Below are positions 1 through 9,487 of a DNA stretch of 24,855 nucleotides, in pieces; position 1 is the stretch's first letter, and each line of letters starts with the position of its first letter. The notes beneath the pieces are model-generated. The model did no database searches. It had not been told where the DNA came from and was given only the letters and a program-made list of their open reading frames with translations. Location: NCBI GenBank assembly GCA_050293845.1, contig JBNKNM010000070.1, forward strand, positions 1 through 24,855, written 5' to 3'. The position numbers and the translations under genes are program-made. This DNA comes from Pseudobacteriovorax sp. GTDB lineage: Bacteria > Bdellovibrionota_B > Oligoflexia > Oligoflexales > Oligoflexaceae.

Positions 1-140
1 ATCATCTGCGGTATATGGAACCTGAAAATCTCTAGAAAGCTTGCAGCACAGTCGGTTTGAGTTTCGCAAAGACCCTAATATCTAAATTCTGTAATCTTAC
101 ACTTTGTCAGGTTACTGGTTTCCTAGAGGTTTTTTATATT

Positions 141-1316
141 ATGAAACTAATAAGAACTTTGTCATGCAAATATGATTTAATTGCTAAAACCTTTCTATTT
201 ATTTTAATTTTGAGCTGCTACCAGGGACTGGTAAAGGCTGATGTAGCTGATGATTGTCAACAATATCTATTTTACAGATGTGATGAGATTGGTGCTCATG
301 CCTTCTACCAGCCCCATATTATGGTTTTGGAAAGTGGGATGGAAGCGGTGTACTATCGTCGTTTGGATCAATATCCTTACGCTAGAGGTCTAAAAAACAC
401 CTTATACTCGATTTTCAATGCAGATAAAGTGATCCGCGAGTACGGTGGTTACAGAAAATTCTTTGACGATCAATTTCTGCCTCAGAAAACTGGTGCTTAT
501 GCTCCAAACTGGGGTTGGCACCTTCTAGGAGGTGGCTTCCGTGCGCGTCTCTTAGAGGAATACTATGAGCACAAAGGTTTTGAACAGGCAAAACTTTGGT
601 CGTGGCTAACCCTGTATGTAGGACACTTAGGTAATGAGGCAGCCCAGGCCGAGAAAGCTGATGATGGCAGTGTCGACCCTATTGCAGACCTTCTGTTCTT
701 TGACTGGGTAGGAAAAGTACTATTTAGCTATGATGGATTTGCCAGAATTTTCCAAGAACATTTACACCTCAGAGAGTGGACCTATCAGATGGTTTATGAC
801 CCTCGCAATAAACGCCTTATCAATAATGGTCAGCAGTATTGGATGCGGGTGCCTTTCAACGAATACTTTAGTTTAAGTTTTTTAACCGGCAATATACATA
901 ATTCTATTTCATTTACTGTTAATAATGACTTGCAAGAGCAGTGGACCCTAGGTTTGGGTCTTAAACCAGAAGCGATCACCTGGGCAAACAAGGAAGCCAC
1001 ATCAAAAGCAACTTCTTTTTCTATTATGTTCGCATACTCAGAGAAAGATAATCCGATTTTTACTACTTTTTTTCAGGATAATACCAATCTAGTCACCAGC
1101 AGCGCTGGCAGTCTACACGAAAACGATGATATTTCGAAAAGTCGCAAAATCATAGCAAATATTTATCCTAAGTGGATCTCCTTTATGGGACAACCCATGG
1201 GCTTAACCTTTGGTGAACTTTATGGCGGCTATTTCCTTGGTTTTACTACAGGTTATGCTCCGATGGGCCTAGCAGCTCACACGGGAGCTGAACATAGGTT
1301 TCATAATGATCTTTGA
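141..1316 (+). CDS. Exported/outer-membrane hypothetical protein, DUF3943-like
   Basis: ORF track starts at 57 (TTG), but the in-frame ATG at 141 has AGAGGT at 125-130 and is followed by a hydrophobic signal-like segment. Motifs PNWGWHLLGGG, HLGNEAAQAE and SVDPIADLL resemble the N..H..G/E..E/D pattern of DUF3943-type proteins. The C-terminal half looks beta-strand-rich. Confidence 0.6.
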   Translation: MKLIRTLSCKYDLIAKTFLFILILSCYQGLVKADVADDCQQYLFYRCDEIGAHAFYQPHIMVLESGMEAVYYRRLDQYPYARGLKNTLYSIFNADKVIREYGGYRKFFDDQFLPQKTGAYAPNWGWHLLGGGFRARLLEEYYEHKGFEQAKLWSWLTLYVGHLGNEAAQAEKADDGSVDPIADLLFFDWVGKVLFSYDGFARIFQEHLHLREWTYQMVYDPRNKRLINNGQQYWMRVPFNEYFSLSFLTGNIHNSISFTVNNDLQEQWTLGLGLKPEAITWANKEATSKATSFSIMFAYSEKDNPIFTTFFQDNTNLVTSSAGSLHENDDISKSRKIIANIYPKWISFMGQPMGLTFGELYGGYFLGFTTGYAPMGLAAHTGAEHRFHNDL

Positions 1317-1334
1317 TTTTTGCTATGGAGCTAT

Positions 1335-1362
1335 AAAAAAACGGCGTTAAAGCCGTTTTTTT
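1335..1362. terminator. Bidirectional rho-independent terminator
   Basis: AAAAAAA-CGGC-gttaaa-GCCG-TTTTTTT, a perfect inverted repeat with A7/T7 flanks between convergent genes. Confidence 0.85.
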
Positions 1363-1436
1363 AAGCAAGCAAACCAGTACCGAGTATTATCAGGCTCGGC
1401 CTTGGGTTCAAAGGTTTTAGGACAGAAAAACTTAAA

Positions 1437-3959
1437 CTAGAAATCTTGCGTAAGGCGAACGTAATACTCGAGCCCTTTAATATCGTACCAGCTCTGGGAA
1501 ATATCGCCAAAATTGGAAGGATCCTCGGGACCTTGACTGTCCAATATATTATTAACACCTACTGCTAAAATGCCATTTGTCGGAAAATTGTAGCGAACTT
1601 GCGTATTGTAACGCGACCATTGAGGAAGGCGTTCTTCTGGATCACCTAGTTGCGCGTGCGTACCAATGGTCAAAGAAGAAAGAGTAAAGCCTATTTTATC
1701 CATGCTCAAATCAATTGAGTTTTGCAGTTTCCATTTAAAGCTTCCGTAGGTTCCTAGGTCGTTTTCTTCGTCTCTACCTTTACGTTGCGACCTGTCTTGC
1801 ACATACCATGTTCCGGAACTTTGTAATCCAAGACCAGTATTTCCAAATCTCGTATCAAACCGAGCCACAACATCGAAACCAGCACGTGTGCTCTTCGAAA
1901 GGTTTTGGATTCGGTTGTCAATTTCAAGAACAGCACCATCTGCATCTCTGGTTACTAGGTCTGGGTCCTCATCAAGAATGTCTTGTAATTGCCGTAATTC
2001 AATCAAATCTTTAGATTTGACCCTCCAGTAATCCAACGCAAGACTTAGAGAAGAGGTTGGCTGTGTGACAAAGCCAGCACTAAGAACTACCGACTTTTCA
2101 GCATCGAGGTCTGGGTTTCCACCACGAATATTCTTAAATTGTCCCGCTGCAATAGGGTTGGTTTTACAATCTTCACGGCTAATACCATTATTCTCGCAAT
2201 AGGTATAATCAACAGCACTATTATAAGACACTCCTTGAGCAGAAAATAGCTCATCTAGAGTTGGTGCCTTGAATGCTGTCCCTGCAGAAGCGCGAAGCTT
2301 CAAAAGGCTAGTAGGTTGAAATGCCAAGGCAAGTTGGGGATTGAAAGTGCTTCCGAAATCAGAATAGTCATCAAATCTTACGGCCAAATTTGCTTCTAGA
2401 GATTCGATAAAATTAAAGCTAGCTTCAATACTGGTAAATAGAACCTCTCGATCTCCTCCTCCATCGGCACCAGCAACGTTAAGCAGCTCTCCATTTCTAG
2501 CTTGGCTATTAAACCGTACTTTATAGTCTTCAGTCTGTGCTCCTGCCCCGACAGCAAGGCTAATTACATCGTTAAGCTCACCAGAGAAAAATGCTTCTCC
2601 ACCACTCGTACTTGTTTCTTCGACATAATATGATTCAGAAACGACTTTTGATTTGATGGCAGCTAAATCCCTGCTCTCATCCCAAGGTATATATTCGCCG
2701 TTGGTTAGCAGATCGTTTAGCGGAGCGATCAAAAGTTTATTCGCGGACTTAGAGGTAGTTTTCGAGCCAGAAGCATTAACCCCAACACGCCATTCCCAAT
2801 TCGCACCGAGGTATCCAGTGAGATTGAAATTAGTACCTAATAGAGAGGCCTCTTTTTCAGTTATCGAGTTTCCAAAATCGCCAAAGCGAATTTTTAAGTC
2901 AACACCATCTTCGCTAGGTTTGGTGCCTTGAAATCCTGGGAACAGGCGGTCAAAGCGTTCTTGGCTCATGGCATCAATTGCCTCTTGGCTAACTGTTGCA
3001 TTAATATCAGAACCAGCGCTATTATCTGGTCGTAATTGAGATTTTGAATTTTGGAGGGTACCAATGACCTTTGTTGTTAGGGTCATATCGGAACCAATGT
3101 TGTAAGTTAAGTTATATAGAGCAGATAATCGCTTTATCTCTGGAGAGAGTGAGTTGTAGGCATTATAATTAAAAGTACAACCGTTGCCGCCTGTAATCGC
3201 TCCTCCACTTTCTCCATAGTTTGAACAACCTTCAGCTGGAAAGCCTAATGCTTCGCCATTAATATTAGCACTATAGGATCCTGGCACTCCAAAACTTGAA
3301 AGACGTTCACGAAAAGCGTCTCTCTGGTTAGTACCAATGCGCTCACTCCCATCATAGCTAAGTACAAGAGTTGAGTTCGAATTTTCTGTTGCAAATCCTG
3401 TCAGGCCATTGATCGCGTGGCTATAACCACCGCTGTGCCTGGTACGTCTTACTTCAGCAGATATCTGCTGACCGGTGTAGTCTTTTCGAGTAATAATGTT
3501 TATAACTCCACCAATCGCGTCGGTACCATAAACCGCAGCGGCACTCTGTCGTAATACCTCAACTCTTTCCACTGCAGCCAGAGGGATAGAGTTTAAGTCT
3601 ACAGCTCCTAATTCTGGGTGCTTGGGAAGGCGCACACCATCTAAAAGAATCAGGGTTCTGTTTTCCCCCAGTCCTCTTAGGTTTGCTGTTGCAACACCAC
3701 CAGCAACAGAACTACCTCCACCATTGAAATTCGCTGTGGAACCAGAAAAGCCACGGAGGAGATCGGCTACAGAGGTCGTTCCCGATTTGCTAATGGCTTC
3801 TTTGTCTATAACCGTTAGGGGAGTAGCTCCCTCAACATCGATACGTTTTATCCGGCTACCTGTTACCGTAATCTTTTCAGGCTCTGGAGTTTCTGAATTT
3901 TGCTGCGCTAATAAAGCTGTGCTACTAGTGAATAAAAGACCTACTAAGGCGTATTTCAT
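1437..3959 (-). CDS. TonB-dependent outer membrane receptor
   Basis: Signal peptide, TonB box/plug start EKITVTGSRI, plug motifs NLRGLG..RTLILLDG and IPLAAVERVEVL..SAAAVYGTDAIGGVINIIT, barrel motif GNPDLDAEKS, C-terminal YYVRLTQDF. AGGAG SD upstream. Confidence 0.95.
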   Translation of the reverse strand: MKYALVGLLFTSSTALLAQQNSETPEPEKITVTGSRIKRIDVEGATPLTVIDKEAISKSGTTSVADLLRGFSGSTANFNGGGSSVAGGVATANLRGLGENRTLILLDGVRLPKHPELGAVDLNSIPLAAVERVEVLRQSAAAVYGTDAIGGVINIITRKDYTGQQISAEVRRTRHSGGYSHAINGLTGFATENSNSTLVLSYDGSERIGTNQRDAFRERLSSFGVPGSYSANINGEALGFPAEGCSNYGESGGAITGGNGCTFNYNAYNSLSPEIKRLSALYNLTYNIGSDMTLTTKVIGTLQNSKSQLRPDNSAGSDINATVSQEAIDAMSQERFDRLFPGFQGTKPSEDGVDLKIRFGDFGNSITEKEASLLGTNFNLTGYLGANWEWRVGVNASGSKTTSKSANKLLIAPLNDLLTNGEYIPWDESRDLAAIKSKVVSESYYVEETSTSGGEAFFSGELNDVISLAVGAGAQTEDYKVRFNSQARNGELLNVAGADGGGDREVLFTSIEASFNFIESLEANLAVRFDDYSDFGSTFNPQLALAFQPTSLLKLRASAGTAFKAPTLDELFSAQGVSYNSAVDYTYCENNGISREDCKTNPIAAGQFKNIRGGNPDLDAEKSVVLSAGFVTQPTSSLSLALDYWRVKSKDLIELRQLQDILDEDPDLVTRDADGAVLEIDNRIQNLSKSTRAGFDVVARFDTRFGNTGLGLQSSGTWYVQDRSQRKGRDEENDLGTYGSFKWKLQNSIDLSMDKIGFTLSSLTIGTHAQLGDPEERLPQWSRYNTQVRYNFPTNGILAVGVNNILDSQGPEDPSNFGDISQSWYDIKGLEYYVRLTQDF

Positions 3960-4503
3960 AGATTTCTCCTGCTAGACTTACTTTCTCCCGTTGTAGCCAA
4001 AGGGATACTGTACTTACAGCTACTCGTTTTGGCTTCAGCCCTACATAAAAGTCGATATGGCTTAGAATAAATAAGCTCAACTAGTACATATGACTTGGTG
4101 GCCCACTCTAATTAAATTTAAGAAATGGTACAACTCTAACTTTTGATTAAGAGGGATATTTTATTCACAGTGATAGAAATACCTGATATTTTTCTTGAAG
4201 ATTGTTCATACTGATTACAAAGTTCCAACTTCAACCCTATAACTGTAAAAATTCAGCAACTTTGCCACATGCCGTTTAAAACATTCTAAAAACGACTGTC
4301 CCTCATATCCAGCCACTGGATAGCCAGTCGTACGCAAGAAATCTGCCTGTACGGGTGAGCACTTATGGAGGAGGTTTTTACCTTCAAGGTGATCTGATGG
4401 ACTATTTCATGCTAAGCGAACCCTTGAACAGATTTCATCTAAATCTATCTCAATACTTGGCCGATAAAGTAAAGCTTGCTTATGTTCAATAGGGACCCTC
4501 TGC

Positions 4504-5112
4504 ATGAAGCTAAAAAAGTATAAATCGCTATTATTATTTGGATTAATTATCAGTATAAGCTCCTGTCGCAAGGACAAGGCCCAAGCTGTAGAGAGCAATT
4601 CAGCTAATGCTAGGACAGCAGAGTTAGAGGTCTGTAATGACTCGAAAAATCAAGTTACTTATTACAAAGATATTAAGCCCATTTTGGATGAATACTGTGT
4701 TAGCTGTCACAACAGTGAAGCTTCTGAAAATCGAGGCAAACCTCCCAGCAGCTTTGCTGACTACACATCTGCTAGGGCTTGGGGATATCTGATGCCGGGC
4801 TTTAGGCTTTTTCAAAATCTTTCTACCGAAGACCAACAGGTAATTCAAGATTGGATCGACGGAGGATTAACAGAGGTTGATTATAATGACAATGCCAAGC
4901 AAATAATTGATAGTAATTGTGTCACTTGCCATGATGCTGAGGCCCCAAAACGCAAGGATTTACCCAATACAAATTTTGAAAGCCCGGATATAGTAAGGAT
5001 TATGGGATCACAGATTCCTATGTTCGGACCTTTGAAGAATGTCACAGCGGAACAACAAACCCTTCTTGAACAGTGGGTCCGGGATGGACTGCCCTTAGGC
5101 ACTCCCCCTTAG
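4504..5112 (+). CDS. Diheme c-type cytochrome lipoprotein (tandem planctomycete-cytochrome-c-like domains)
   Basis: Lipobox-like ISSC after a basic/hydrophobic leader. Two CxxCH motifs (CVSCH 4696-4710, CVTCH 4918-4932). Repeated pattern Y..D.K.I....CxxCH ... W..(G/D)G. Confidence 0.8.
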   Translation: MKLKKYKSLLLFGLIISISSCRKDKAQAVESNSANARTAELEVCNDSKNQVTYYKDIKPILDEYCVSCHNSEASENRGKPPSSFADYTSARAWGYLMPGFRLFQNLSTEDQQVIQDWIDGGLTEVDYNDNAKQIIDSNCVTCHDAEAPKRKDLPNTNFESPDIVRIMGSQIPMFGPLKNVTAEQQTLLEQWVRDGLPLGTPP

Positions 5113-5143
5113 ACCCCGATCCGAATGTCCCCTTAGAAACCAT

Positions 5144-5168
5144 TAACCTCCCGTTTAATGAGAGGTTA
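5144..5168. terminator. Possible hairpin terminator between convergent genes
   Basis: TAACCTC (5144-5150) / GAGGTTA (5162-5168) inverted repeat with weak U-tracts. Confidence 0.35.
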
Positions 5169-5173
5169 CTTCC

Positions 5174-7333
5174 CTAGTGAGAAATTTTTTTAAGGTTGAT
5201 TCCCATTTCCTGTAATAGTCGTTCGTCCTGATCAAATTTCTCTAAAACCCAAAGCATATATCTCACATCAACATGAATCGATCGGGTGAACAGAGGATCG
5301 AATGCCCAGTCCGAAATCACCCCATCAATGGTTCCATCAAATACCAGACCAATCAATTCTCCCTTTCCATTCAAGGTTGCAGAGCCAGAATTTCCACCCG
5401 TAATATCCAGATCAGCCAGAAAATTTACTGGTACCGTATCAATGGAGTCCATTTTGTGCATACCATAATTTTTATTGCTAATGAGGGACAGCTGCTTTTC
5501 AGGCACATCGAAAGGGTCTTTACCAGTGTGCTTGTCAGCAATTTCTTCTAGCTTAGTATAAGCTTCAAATTTTTGCCCCTTACGGTTTTTATAGCCTTGT
5601 ATAGTACCATAAGTGATACGAAGGGTAGAATTGGCATCAGAATATAATACCTGCCCCTTTGACTTCATAAAAGCTGCAAAGTTTTCCATGTAGGTAGACC
5701 TAAGCTTTTGAAATCGACCCTGCATAGCTTTTCGTTCATCGGCTAGCTTCTCTTCATCAGCAAACAATTGGACTGCAAGTGCTATGAAAGGGTCTTTTGA
5801 TTTATCCAATTCCTTTCTGCTCGCGGCCATGAGGCCAATACGATGCTTTTCATCAAGCAGCTTTGTTTTAGTATAGAAGCGACTAACTATTTTTTGTCGC
5901 TTCGCTTTACTTACCCTTAAAAGAATTTTATATGCTTCAGGAATTTTTTCCAAACTGGTATCAACTTCAGCGAGCCCCTTGAGCCAGACGGCCTCATCTA
6001 CCTTAGCATCAAAGCGTTTCGAAAGAGCTTGTAATCTGGACTTCAGCAATGGTAAATCTCTATTTTGATACCCCGCCTCCCGCTCTTTATCTGGACTTTG
6101 CTTCTCCACTGCCAACTTATAAAGCTTCTTGGCTTGACCCAGTAAAGCCGAATCTCCTAGCAATCTTAAATTCATGTCAATTTTTTCGGCGCGAATCTCC
6201 TCCTCAATAAGTTGATTGAGGGCACGATAATTCTCTATACCGGCCTTATCTTTTTTGGCTTGCAGATACCCGAGAAACTCCTTTTCGATTTTTTTCTTAT
6301 CAGCAACAATGTTTAGGGCAGCAAACCCTTCCATCTTGCCTTCTATATTCTTACTATAGTTATTAAAACCAGCTAATTTCCCGGCATATGCAATACCTAC
6401 TTCTTTTTTCATTTTAGCTAGATCTTCGATAATAGTGATACGACTATCTAGATATGACTTCATTCTGGGATAATAATCTTTGAAAGTACCTTCAACCTCC
6501 CTTGCTAAACGATGCCGGTTGGTTCTACCAGGATATCCTGCAACCATCACAAAGTCCCCTTCCTGAGTTCCATGGGGCTCGATTTTAAGAAAGCCAGCGG
6601 GTTGGTAGGGAACATTTTCTTTATTGAATTCTGCGGGTTTACCATCCTTATCCACATAGGCACGATAGAAGGCAAAGTCTCCGGTATGCCGAGGCCACAT
6701 CCAATTATCAATATCGCCACCAAATTTACCTATTGACGATGGGGGGGCTTGCACCAACCGCACATCCTTGATTTCCAGCTGCTTGGTGAGTCGATAGCTC
6801 GAACTACCTAAAAATGAATCGATACGACAACGGTATCCTTTCTGCTGTTCGCATGCGCGAATCATCTGCTTCCGTCTGCCCTCAATTTTTTCGTAGCGAT
6901 CCAAGCCATCAATCCCTTCTAAACCCTCCAAGATTTGGGACGTGATATCACTTATGGTCTCTGTCACTAGAATGCGAGATCCTGGAGCGGCTTGCAGTTC
7001 TTCTGTTCTATTTTTTGCAATAAAACCATCGCTCAATAGGTTTCTTTTTTCTGTGGAGTTATATTGAATAGAGCCATAAGCACAGTGATGATTCGTAACG
7101 ACGAGTCCTTGAGGTGAAACAAATGATGCACTACACCCCCCTAGGCTGACTATGGCATTCATGGGATAATTCGTTAGATCGTCGAGAGCGTGAGGTGAAG
7201 TTTTTAGTCCTTTTGCTTTAAGATCTTTACTGATCAGTGGTAATTGCTCAGGCTGCCACATTCCCTCAACAGCCATAATGGAGCTGGAAATCATCGCAGC
7301 TCCCAGGATAAAGCTATTTCTAAATGTCCTCAA
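5174..7333 (-). CDS. Peptidase S46 family dipeptidyl peptidase (DPP7/DAP BII type)
   Basis: TTG start with AAGGAG SD. Signal peptide then EGMW; GCSASFVS, TNHHC (catalytic His), NWMWPRHTGDF, DITGGNSGS (catalytic Ser), FDG. Confidence 0.95.
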   Translation of the reverse strand: MRTFRNSFILGAAMISSSIMAVEGMWQPEQLPLISKDLKAKGLKTSPHALDDLTNYPMNAIVSLGGCSASFVSPQGLVVTNHHCAYGSIQYNSTEKRNLLSDGFIAKNRTEELQAAPGSRILVTETISDITSQILEGLEGIDGLDRYEKIEGRRKQMIRACEQQKGYRCRIDSFLGSSSYRLTKQLEIKDVRLVQAPPSSIGKFGGDIDNWMWPRHTGDFAFYRAYVDKDGKPAEFNKENVPYQPAGFLKIEPHGTQEGDFVMVAGYPGRTNRHRLAREVEGTFKDYYPRMKSYLDSRITIIEDLAKMKKEVGIAYAGKLAGFNNYSKNIEGKMEGFAALNIVADKKKIEKEFLGYLQAKKDKAGIENYRALNQLIEEEIRAEKIDMNLRLLGDSALLGQAKKLYKLAVEKQSPDKEREAGYQNRDLPLLKSRLQALSKRFDAKVDEAVWLKGLAEVDTSLEKIPEAYKILLRVSKAKRQKIVSRFYTKTKLLDEKHRIGLMAASRKELDKSKDPFIALAVQLFADEEKLADERKAMQGRFQKLRSTYMENFAAFMKSKGQVLYSDANSTLRITYGTIQGYKNRKGQKFEAYTKLEEIADKHTGKDPFDVPEKQLSLISNKNYGMHKMDSIDTVPVNFLADLDITGGNSGSATLNGKGELIGLVFDGTIDGVISDWAFDPLFTRSIHVDVRYMLWVLEKFDQDERLLQEMGINLKKISH

Positions 7334-7623
7334 AACTACTCCTTTTAGTGTAAGTGCACGAAATTATAAATTGTTTTGCTCGGCCTACAAGCGAGCTTTG
7401 ATGGTCTTGAACACCTTTTGCCCAAATTAAGTTTTGTAATATCTCCCTAGAGTTAAGATACTACAGCAACTCTCAGAAGCATTAATTTAATAGCACGTTG
7501 ATTTCAATGAAACTAATAAGATTTTTTATGAATATTTCAAGTAAGCCATACTCAAATATGTCAAGATTACTTATATAAACCCGAATATAGGTGTGAACTG
7601 TAAAAGATTTTTTAGTGAGATAG

Positions 7624-8691
7624 ATGGCAGCACAAACCGAACAAATTCTAGAAACAGAAGATCAGGCAGATCTAGGGAAAGCCTCTTTGTCTCTTCAGCT
7701 TTCTTCCACAGGTTTTGATGAAGAAAGGCAAGAGTTCCATGTATCCTTAGATAGGGCTCTTTTCAAAGATCCGGTTACCATTATTTCTACAGTCCTAGAA
7801 GCTAATGGATATGTCTTGAATCTGGAAAATATTCTCGCTTCCTTGGATCAGTTTAAATTTGTACCTCTTGCGAAAGTAAACCAACGTTCACCCCATCCTG
7901 TTGCCAAGTCCTATCTGCCCTGCATAAAATTCCAACTACCCAGCAAATCACAGGTAGGACCAACCTTAAGACGCTTTTACGATGAAATCCAGCACTATGA
8001 AGTCGCTATCAATGAACTGCAGCAACAGAACACAGCACCTTTACGACAAAGCCGTAGACCAGATAGCCATAAAGAACAGGTTATGAAGCTGGAAGAAGAA
8101 AATAAAGTTCTGAAAAAAGAAATTGATGATCTCAAGCTCATGTTGAGCCGTGCTGTTAAGTCTGAAGCTACAGCTAACAAAGCATTAGCTTCTCAAAACC
8201 TATTGCCCAATAATATTCGCTTAGGAATCGTAAGAGAACTCATCATTGAAGATCGGCAAATCTTACTAAAGTCAGGGAGAACTTCTATCATTGTTCCTAT
8301 GGCCCTTTCGCAGGTTCTACCAAATGTTAAAGACAAGTGTCTTGTACACTATGAAAAGGGAATCGCTATAGGATGTTTTTTTTACGAAACGAACGGTATT
8401 GTCCTTAAACCAGTTCTTAGTCAAATCATTGTTATGGACAGTCAAGTATGTAAAGTACGGGATATTAACAGGCGAACCTGGTGTATCGTTATCAAGAATG
8501 AAGAAGAAGCAAAGATTCTTAAATTATTAAAAAAAGGAGATTTTCTCCAGCTCTTTATATTTGACAATCAAGTATTACGTTTCGAATCGATGATAGGCCA
8601 AAAACGCGACTTCTGTGCTGGTGTGCTAGAATCTCTGACACGTAGACATATTTCAGCAAATGCATCTGATCTAGATACAGCTGAGAAATAA
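7624..8691 (+). CDS. Hypothetical cytoplasmic protein with coiled coil and putative tandem OB-like beta domains; first gene of the motAB-helicase operon
   Basis: 355-aa ORF with no signal peptide or TM segment. Heptad-like segment QVMKLEEENKVLKKEIDDLKLMLSRA followed by two beta-rich repeats. Stop lies 13 bp before the probable start of the next gene. Confidence 0.75.
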   Translation: MAAQTEQILETEDQADLGKASLSLQLSSTGFDEERQEFHVSLDRALFKDPVTIISTVLEANGYVLNLENILASLDQFKFVPLAKVNQRSPHPVAKSYLPCIKFQLPSKSQVGPTLRRFYDEIQHYEVAINELQQQNTAPLRQSRRPDSHKEQVMKLEEENKVLKKEIDDLKLMLSRAVKSEATANKALASQNLLPNNIRLGIVRELIIEDRQILLKSGRTSIIVPMALSQVLPNVKDKCLVHYEKGIAIGCFFYETNGIVLKPVLSQIIVMDSQVCKVRDINRRTWCIVIKNEEEAKILKLLKKGDFLQLFIFDNQVLRFESMIGQKRDFCAGVLESLTRRHISANASDLDTAEK

Positions 8692-8704
8692 AGGATCTTT
8701 GCTA

Positions 8705-9487
8705 ATGGATGGTCTCAAATTAAAAAAATACATGAGTACTACTAAGAAAGGATTCGATCCCACAGCTTTAATACTCAGCCTGGTGGGACTCATAGGAGTT
8801 GTCCTCTCCATTGGCTATCAAGAAGATATCAGCACTTTCATCGACATGAGATCAATTCTGGTTGTTGTCTGCGGAACCTTTGCCAGTATACTTTTCCAGT
8901 TCGATTTTAAGTCAAGCTTCCACTCTCTAAAGCTTATCCTCCAGTCTTTTATACAAACTCCCGACAAAAATGTTGTCCGGGTCATCACCTCTCTTGACGA
9001 AGCCATCATCCGTGATATGAGCGTAACCGAGCTAAGAGAAGGTACAGATGTTACTGGTGAACTACTCAACGACATGATCTATATGCATAAACAAGGTCTT
9101 GTTTTTGATGAAATCGATGATTTCGTAACCTCTCGCATTACTGACGAATTTCTCGGACGCAAGGTCGCTGTTGATTTATTACGTCGGGCGGCGATTATAG
9201 CGCCAGCACTAGGGTTATTCGGTACTGTAATCGGCTTAATTGGTGTGCTCAAATCCTTAAGCGACCCGGCAATGATTGGCCCAAGTATGTCACTTGCGCT
9301 AATGACTACAGCCTACGGCGCAGCCCTCGGCTCGTTAATTTTTACCCCACTCGCCGGCCGTTTGGAGCACCATAACACTATCTATTTAGAGGCCCATCAG
9401 CAACTGCTGACAAAACTAGGAATATTACTGAGACGAGAAGAACAAGACCTCACTCGCGAGCTTATCCCTGACGAGGAGGCCTCATGA
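8705..9487 (+). CDS. MotA/PomA-like ion-channel subunit (MotA/TolQ/ExbB family)
   Basis: Two N-terminal hydrophobic helices and C-terminal APALGLFGTVIGLIGVL..LSDP..IGP.M..ALMTTAYG...IFTPLAGRL, typical of PomA/MotP TM3-TM4. ATG 8705 preferred to TTG 8699 because of AAGGA at 8691-8695. Confidence 0.9.
   Translation: MDGLKLKKYMSTTKKGFDPTALILSLVGLIGVVLSIGYQEDISTFIDMRSILVVVCGTFASILFQFDFKSSFHSLKLILQSFIQTPDKNVVRVITSLDEAIIRDMSVTELREGTDVTGELLNDMIYMHKQGLVFDEIDDFVTSRITDEFLGRKVAVDLLRRAAIIAPALGLFGTVIGLIGVLKSLSDPAMIGPSMSLALMTTAYGAALGSLIFTPLAGRLEHHNTIYLEAHQQLLTKLGILLRREEQDLTRELIPDEEAS

Noticed and set aside
3960..4503. Cobalamin/TPP riboswitch or Fur box upstream of the TonB receptor
   Set aside because: Consensus elements were not found by eye on the minus strand.
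7507..7578. 15-bp exact match ATGAAACTAATAAGA with 141-155, opening a 23-codon ORF
   Set aside because: One such AT-rich match is plausible by chance in 25 kb, and there is no SD or further similarity.
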